In this document: piece after piece, positions 51,255 to 64,000 of the stretch
Numbering within the stretch: the first letter of the stretch is position 1
How the letters are laid out: each line of letters opens with the position of its first letter
Source of the DNA: the human T2T-CHM13v2.0 reference genome, Homo sapiens
Assembly: GCF_009914755.1 (NCBI RefSeq)
Contig: NC_060941.1
Length of the DNA: 64,000 nucleotides
Reading direction: 5' to 3' (one strand)
The notes under the pieces: generated by a model
The model's database searches: none
What the model was told of the DNA's origin: nothing
Seen by the model: the letters and a program-made list of their open reading frames with translations, nothing else
Program-made: the position numbers and the translations under genes

Positions 51255-53679
51255 GTAAGGATAGTCTTGCTACAAAATCACTCATATTTTTATGGTTTTT
51301 TTTTTAATTTTTAATTTTAGAGGCGAGGATTCGAACCTCTGAGTTCATGCCATCCTCCCATCTTAGCCTCCTGAGTAGCACATGCCACTGTGCCTGGCTA
51401 GCTCATATTTTTAAGGTACTTTTTTCCCCGTCTGTCTTGATGAAAAAATACAACTTAAAAAGTTGGCACAGATAAACAGAGCTGGGGCTTATATCTTATA
51501 ACCTATGTAATTAATATCATAGCCAAACCTTCACATGCTTCCTTCCCATCCTCTGCCATATTACAATTAGATTTTGAGGGACTTTGGGAGTTCTATCCCC
51601 CTACCTTGAAGGGTATCCATGGTCACCTGCCACAGTGCCCCAAATATCCATTATTAATTACTTTTTGGGGGTGTAGGCATTGAAGGCTTCTGGGTATGGC
51701 TTGACTATTGAGTGTTTGGCCTCTGAAGCCAGAATGCCAGAGTTTAGAACTGGAGACTCCTCTTCCTTTCTGCACCTTGGCATCCTTCTCTCTAAAATGG
51801 GGATGAAAACAACACCCACCTCATTAAGGGATGTTGTGAGGATGTTACAAGGTAATATGTATGAGGCATTTATTAGAATAACACCTGGCCCAAAATGAGC
51901 CCTCAATAAATGTCAGATGTAAAGTTATCAACATTCTTGTCCTCTTAGCTTAAATCTTATTCAGTGCATTGCCTAGTAGAATTCTGAGGCACAACGAGTC
52001 CATTTTATGACCTGAGCAAAGGAAAGCGTTAGGAAACAGGGCATTCATTAACTAGAATGGTCTTAGGCTGAAAGTTTTACCATGTACAGAATCCTCTGAG
52101 CATTTAAGGGATCGGTGTGCAGGCAAAGAGTTCCTAGGGAAGGACCAAAGAATCAGGGTGAGGCAGACAGAGGATGGCGGTTGAGAGTAACTGCCCAGGG
52201 ACGGGGAACACAGCCCTTGGGGTAGGCACAGGTATCTGAGTCCCTGAAGCGAGGAGAATGGAGCCAGAGGGGTGGAGAGGAGAGGGAGGAGGCAGGACCA
52301 GAGAGGCAGAGGAGCGCTCCTGCCAGGGGTCCTGTGCAGTGAAGGAGGTGAGGCCTCACGGCTGCTTCCTCAGGCCTCATGGCTTCCAGGCAGGTCTTAC
52401 TGGGTTGGAAACACATAGGGCCATGGGGGAAGTGAGACATGCTTGCTAATCATACTTCCAGCTCACAGTCATCTCTCTGTTTGTCATCCTTTCAAGGAAA
52501 AGCTGTATCCCAAGGGCCCTCTGTTTAGCTCAGACCTTGGCCCAATGCCCAGGTTTTTCTGGTGCCACTATCATATCTCAGGATTCAGCCAGACATGGTT
52601 GGTAACTTCTTGTAATAGTCAAGACAGGAAGTGGTCAGGACCTGGAAATAGAGCAGCCCTTGGGGGTGGGTAGGACTGACCCAGCTCTGGGTGCCTCCTC
52701 AGGCTAGTGGCACAGAATTCCTGGACTTGGCCTGGGCTGCAGCGACGCTAGAGATAATGTCTTTATGGATTTCCCAATTTTATCTCAGACAATGGGAAAT
52801 CTAGTAGTGTTTTATGACAAACAGGAATTTCTCCCATTATCATAGCAATGCTGACTTGAAACATTTGGGAGTGCCTGACATTCTATACCCACACTTACAG
52901 TAAGGGAGACAGTAGGTTGTAGGGTAAGCACTGAAGTCAGGCTGAACTTTTCTGAACCCCATCTTTGCCACTAACTCCCTGGTGCTCTTGAGCTAATTAC
53001 CTCATCTCTCTGTGCCTCCATTTTTTCACTTGTAAAATCAGGATTTCCCCACGTATCTTACCGCAGACTAAAAAAAAGAAAAGTATGAAAGAATGCTTAG
53101 CATAGTATCTTGAACACACTAACCTCAAAATAAATGGCATCTAGTAAAATCATCATCATCATCATCATCACTGTCTCTTCGCCCACCAAGCTTCAGTTTG
53201 CACCTCTATAAAATGAGGATTGAGGGAAATAATCAATATTTGCAATATTTGTATAGAAGGTGGTATATGGTAGGTGTTCTCAAATTCTAGTTCCTTCCCA
53301 TGGAGGAAAGCCAGACGCTGGGGAAGAGGACCTGGGTCAGCAGCTCATGTGCTGAGGGGAAGTGGGGTTGGGGGAAGGGAGGTCAGTCCCTGGCTGGAGT
53401 AGACCTGTGGAGTTAACCCCCTCTGCTGAGTAGAAATGTCGGGGACTGGACAATGGACTGGCACTGAATTCAGGCAGATTTGGGAGAACTGACTAGGTCC
53501 TGCTACTCCAGAGAAGCTGGTGAGTGGCAGGCTGGAGTAGTGAAAGCAGATAGCTGACAGTGTGGGTATTGGCTATAGCAAGGGCCTTCCTGAGTCCTCA
53601 GTGGCCCAAACTAGCCTTATGGTGTTCTAGATCCTAGGATTCCTCTGGAGCAATTGTTCTTTTTTTTTCTTATTATAGA

Positions 53680-54555
<876 letters not shown>

Positions 54556-55566
54556 AGGTGGAACAATTGTTGTTAACCCTAGAGGTCACAGACCCGTTTG
54601 AGAAGCTAGTGAAAACTAAGGAGCATTTCTATAGAAAAATGCATATCACACAAATGTTTGCATATTAGAGGGGCCTCACAGATCCCCAGGAACTCATCAA
54701 GGGACTTCAGGTGAAGAAACCTGGTGGACTTGTCCCAGCAGCACTAATTAAGCCCAAGGACTAGACACTAGATCCACCCGTGGGTTGGCACAGGGCACAG
54801 GACCTGATCCAGGAGCTGTCAGAGGATGCTCAGTTTGACTGGTAAAGACAGTACCCAGACAGTATGCAACCTCCTCCTGCCTCCATTCAGCCAACATTGT
54901 CCAGGGAGCTAGAGATGGGCAGCAACAATGAAAATCAGTAGGTATCCTGACTCGTAGGCAGAATGTGGGGGTAGATTAAACCAGCATAGATGAGTTGATC
55001 CTAAGAGGAAAAAATAGCTCTTATTTATTTGTTTATTTATTTACTTACTTACTTACTTTTAGAGATGGGGTTTCACCATGTTGTCCAGGCTGGTTTTAAA
55101 CTCTTGGGCTCAAGGGATCCTCTCCTTGGCCTCCCACAATGCTCACACCTAAAATCTCCCACACAGGGATTATAGGTGTGAGTCACCATGCCCACCATTT
55201 ATTGAATACTTATTACATGCTAATTACTGTGCTAAGTGGCTGAAGCAGTCCTCCCACCTCAGCCTCCCAAGTAGCTAGGACTACAGGTGTGTGCCAGTGC
55301 ACCCAGCTAATTTTTAAACATTTCCGTAGAGATGAAGTCTTGCTTCGATTCTCAGGCTGGTCTTGAACTCCTGGGCTCAAGTGATCCTCCTGCCTCAGCC
55401 TCCCCAAGCACTGGGATTACAGGTATGAGCCATCATGTCCCTTCTAACTCTATTTCATAGATGAGGAAATGGAGGCTTAGGGCAGTCTAGTAACTTGCCA
55501 GGGTCCCTCAGCTAGGAAATGGAGGCTCTAGGATTCAAACCTGTCTTTTAAGAATACAAATAAGAA

Positions 55567-55873
<307 letters not shown>

Positions 55874-56157
55874 TCAGAGAGGGCTGAGAGAAATGTCTGG
55901 AGCCAGCTGCAAGTTTGAATTCACTGGAGCAGGGTCCCAAGGAGGGCGACGGGGGATTTAGAGGGATACTAGAACAGGAGCTTGGGGCCAGAAGCCAAGC
56001 AGTAGCTCCATTATTCCGGGGTTGGATGGGGAAGAGGCATGGATTGGTCTGAGATGGAGCATGGGCAGTGATGCCCTTTGTGGGCACAGAGCTTGAATCT
56101 AGGCTTGGCCAGGCAGTACCTTGTTTGCTGAGCTGGGATGGAAAGTCCTTGGCTTCA

Positions 56158-56475
56158 CTTCACTTCTTTTCTTTTCTTTTCCTTTTCTTTTCTTTTTTTT
56201 TCTTTCTTTCTTCCTTCCTTCCTTTCTCTTTCTTCTCTCTCTTTTCTCTCTTTTTCTCTCTCTCTTTCTTTCTCTCTTTTTTCTCTTTCTTTCCTTCTTT
56301 CTCTCTCTCTCTTCTTTTCTCTCTCTTTCCCTTCCTTCCTTCCTTCTCTCCCTCCCTCCTTTCTTTTTTTTCTTTCTTTCTTCCTTCCTTTCTTTCTTTC
56401 CTTCTTTCTTTCTCTCTCTCTCTCCCCTTCCTTCCTTCTTTCCTTCTTTCCTTCCTTCCTTCCTTTCTTCTTTCT
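56158..56475. repeat. ~320-bp polypyrimidine (TTTC/TTCC/TC) low-complexity tract
   Basis: Essentially only C and T on the plus strand. Confidence 0.96.
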
Positions 56476-56947
56476 AGATTCACAACTGTTTAATATGTAT
56501 AAAAGCCAAGGAAAGGACAGTCCTAGTTCAACAGAAATATTTTGTATAATTCATATGGTGTGGTTGAGAGGGAAGGGGAAGAGGTTACAGAACGCACACC
56601 CAACATGTACAAGATTAATTTACATAGCAACTGCCGCCTGCAGGGAGGATGTAGCTCTGCACAGCCCCCCAGGGCTGGGCACATTACAGCCACAGTACCG
56701 TGGGAGCCAGCCAGTGTAGGCCCCAGGTGTAGGTGAGAGTGAGGAGGGCACCAGGCCAGAGGAGAGGGAGGATGAGGAGGCAGTTGACCGCCCAGCACGA
56801 GATCAGCAACTCATCCATCACAGTGTGGGCATAGCCACGCTGGCTTCCCAGCTCCTTGTGGCTCAGGAGGTACATGCGGAAGTCCTGTTTCTCCATGTAG
56901 GTCACGGCTGCCATCAGTGGGCACAGGATGCGTTTGGTATGGCCCTG
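56476..56947 (-). pseudogene. 5'-truncated processed pseudogene of PLK1 (second polo box C-terminus plus 3'UTR)
   Basis: Minus strand reads [47 protein letters not shown] versus PLK1 [48 protein letters not shown]. It continues as a PLK1-like 3'UTR with ATTAAA (56494-56489) and an A-rich tail. Confidence 0.92.
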
Positions 56948-58796
56948 AGCTTCACACGTTTTCTTCTCAGCAGAGGAAGGGCTGCCTCACATGAGGATGA
57001 GGAAGGAGTTGCACTCCAAGACAGAGCACCAGGCCCAACCAGGCTCAAGTGCTAGGAGGGCCGGGCCTGTTGTTCTTTACTATTAAGGCCTCAGCATCCA
57101 GAGAAGCACCTGGCATGCTGCATATGCTTAGTACATGCTTATGAATGAATGTTGAATGCCAAGGCTGAGCTCATCCCTCCACAACTTCCTTGATAAAAAA
57201 CTAGGGATAGTTTTCAAGTAGCTCCCCAGAGCCCATAAAGTCCAGGTACGCCATTTTTAGTCAGTGTGGACTCTGAAAAGCCCATTCTCCTGTAAGCCAA
57301 AAGAACAGCTGGGTCATCCCTTTCTCAATGGACAGAAGAGTCTCTGCCAAATGTGTAGGAGGAGAAGATTCTGAGCCACACTTGGTCTTCTCTGCAGTCT
57401 CTCTACAAATAACAATAATAATAACACATGCCTCTGTGCTTTCCAGATTCCAAAGGGCTTTCGTATATCCATGGTCTAATGGAACCTCATATCCATGTGT
57501 GTGTGTTGGGAGGGGGAAGGCTAAAATTGGGGGTGGGAAAAAGGCAGGAAACAGGCAGTGTATTTTTTACAGATAAAGAAGATGAATGTAGAGAGGATTT
57601 GGAGACTTTTTCAAGGTCATCTAACTAGTAAAAGATGAGGCAAGGATGTGAATCTAGACCTTTTGGCTCTTTGTACAAAGGGGAATTAAACATGACCATG
57701 AAGGTAAGAGGTTCGAGAAACGGCCACAAACCTGGCCACAAAACTTATAGTGGTGACAATAAGGAACTGAATAGGAGCAGGAGCTGCCCCGGGTTGGGGC
57801 AGACTATTAATGAGAACACAGGAAAAGCATACCTATTTTGGTATCAGCCTGGCACAGTGGGGCAAGGGACCAGATAATGTGACTCTTGCCTTGTAAACGG
57901 ATCTTGGGAAAGATCTTCCACCTGCCATGCATTGGATACCCCTCCCTGGTCCTATCTGCTAGGGAGCATGGCACTTGGGCAAATCAAAGAGTGGACACTC
58001 AGGTCTCCCAACATATGTGCTGGATAGGTAGTCTGTTAAAATGAAAACGGTAAACAAATAGGAAGATACTCTTTTATTTGTTGAGAGCTTGCTAGGAAAT
58101 ATAAATAAGTCCTGGCACTCAAAACATCTTGCTGTCCAGTATTGGTAGAAGAGGTGGAGGTAAGTAAATAAGTAATCACAGAACCTTTGCTTTTGGCTAT
58201 GGCAAAGTGACTAGTATGGGACTTGCTCTCCCACAGGAAACAACAAAACATTTTGAAAAAATATTTAAAGAACTCCTTTTAGAAATGGAGCAATAGGCAG
58301 AGCAGAATTATAATCCTTGAAGGAAGAGAGAACACATGAGCTCAACCCTATATCTGCCCAGCTTTCTGCATTGGGACATTTTCTGGGTTGCACTGCAATC
58401 CAGAAGCTCAAGAAGTACATGTTGGTCTCATTGGGCAGAAGAGGCATAGATTAGAATTCAGGGCTGCTGAGGAAGATGTAATTTGCAAGGAAGGCTTTTA
58501 GAGAGGAAGGAACTGAACACAGAGGTGCTCCCAGAAGTTTGCATGGGTGTTCTGCATGGTCTTTGGATGAGGGATGGGCTGATATACACAGGGTGAGACT
58601 CCCTAAGGTTTTTCAGAGAGCAGCTGAGAGCTGAACAGGTCACTAGAGGCTGTACATGGCTTGCAGATGTTGGAGTTTCGGCTTAGCCAGAATGAATAAA
58701 TCTCATTGAGCAACTTGGGTCCTCAGATTACACTCCAGAAAATCCATGCCTTAGGAGGAAGGACCACGTTCAATAGTAAAAAAACACTCCTTGAAG

Positions 58797-59885
<1,089 letters not shown>

Positions 59886-60299
59886 AAAAGTTAGAGTTAA
59901 CTTGAAATGACATTTGATGAAAGAAATAGATTCTGGATCCACACGTTTTCTATGTAAGAATATTCTTTTGGCTAAAATTATAATTTAGAAACAATGAACA
60001 ACAACAACAACAAGAAGAACAAGAAACCACACTTTAAGACCAAGGATAAAATTTAAAAAGGCCATTTCTGATGAAGAATAAAACTAAGCCTGACTAGATC
60101 AAGACAATCTGGTACTAATTTAACAGATTATTTATTTATTCATTTATTTTTAGAGACAGGGTCCCACTCTGTCACCCAGGCCAGAGTGCAGTGGCATGAT
60201 ATAGCTCACTGCAACCTCAACCTCCTGGGCTTAAATGATTCTTCTTCCTCGGCCTCCCAAACTGCTAGGATTGCAGGCATAAGCCACCATACTTGGCCT

Positions 60300-63615
<3,316 letters not shown>

Positions 63616-64000
63616 TGAAGAGACAAGTCTCAATCAATTTAGAAGTTTATTTGGCCAAGGTTAAGCACATGCCCATGACATAGCCTCAGGAAGTCCTGAA
63701 GACACGTGCCCAAGGTGGTCAGGCTACAGCTCAGTTTTATACATTTTAGGGAGACAAAAGACATCAATCAATACATGTACATTGAACATTGGTTCAGTCC
63801 AGAAAGGCAGGACATCTGACACAGGGACTTCCAGGTTAGAGACGGATTCAAAGATTTTTTCATTGGCAATTGGTTGTAAGTGTTATTATCTAAAGACCTA
63901 GAACCAACAGAAAGGAATGTCTGAGTTAGGATAAAGGGTTGTGGAGACCAAACTTTTATCATGCAGATGAAGCCAGAGGCTTCAGACAGAATAGACTGTT
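63616..64000 (-). mobile_element. MER4-group ERV1 LTR running off the window end
   Basis: GCCTCAGGAAGTCCTGA..ACGTGCCCAAGGTGGTC..TTTTATACATTTTAGGGAGACA is typical of MER4/MER41-type LTRs. Confidence 0.75.

Noticed and set aside
48900-51300. Dense cluster of overlapping 60-160 aa ORFs
   Set aside because: Expected by chance in a GC-rich LTR; no gag/pol/env similarity is visible.
56068-56719. Phe/Ser/Leu-rich and Lys/Arg/Glu-rich ORFs
   Set aside because: They are translations of the TC microsatellite.

Overview
This is human (primate) genomic DNA, recognisable as the CDC27–MYL4 interval of chr17q21.32. From recalled gene order, ITGB3 should begin just past the right end; no ITGB3 sequence was recognised in the window. 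The window holds CDC27 exon 1 (minus strand, MTVLQEPVQ) in a CpG-island promoter and the complete MYL4 gene (plus strand, six coding exons, 594 nt/197 aa, plus a 3'UTR-only last exon). The rest is repeat-rich: dozens of Alus, L1/L2/L3/MIR remnants, DNA-transposon fossils, and THE1, MLT1, MER52 and MER4-like LTRs. The most notable observations are: a ~20-bp-phased array of DEAF1-type double-CpG motifs in the CDC27 promoter; a uORF and a competing splice donor in the CDC27 5'UTR; a 5'-truncated PLK1 retrocopy whose tail became a ~320-bp purine/pyrimidine tract; a ~560-bp inverted duplication with a ~715-bp spacer; a U13 snoRNA copy in MYL4 intron 3; and latent splice signals in MYL4's first and last exons. 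I see no evidence for a wholly new multi-gene system. All calls are by eye, and repeat family names and boundaries are approximate.
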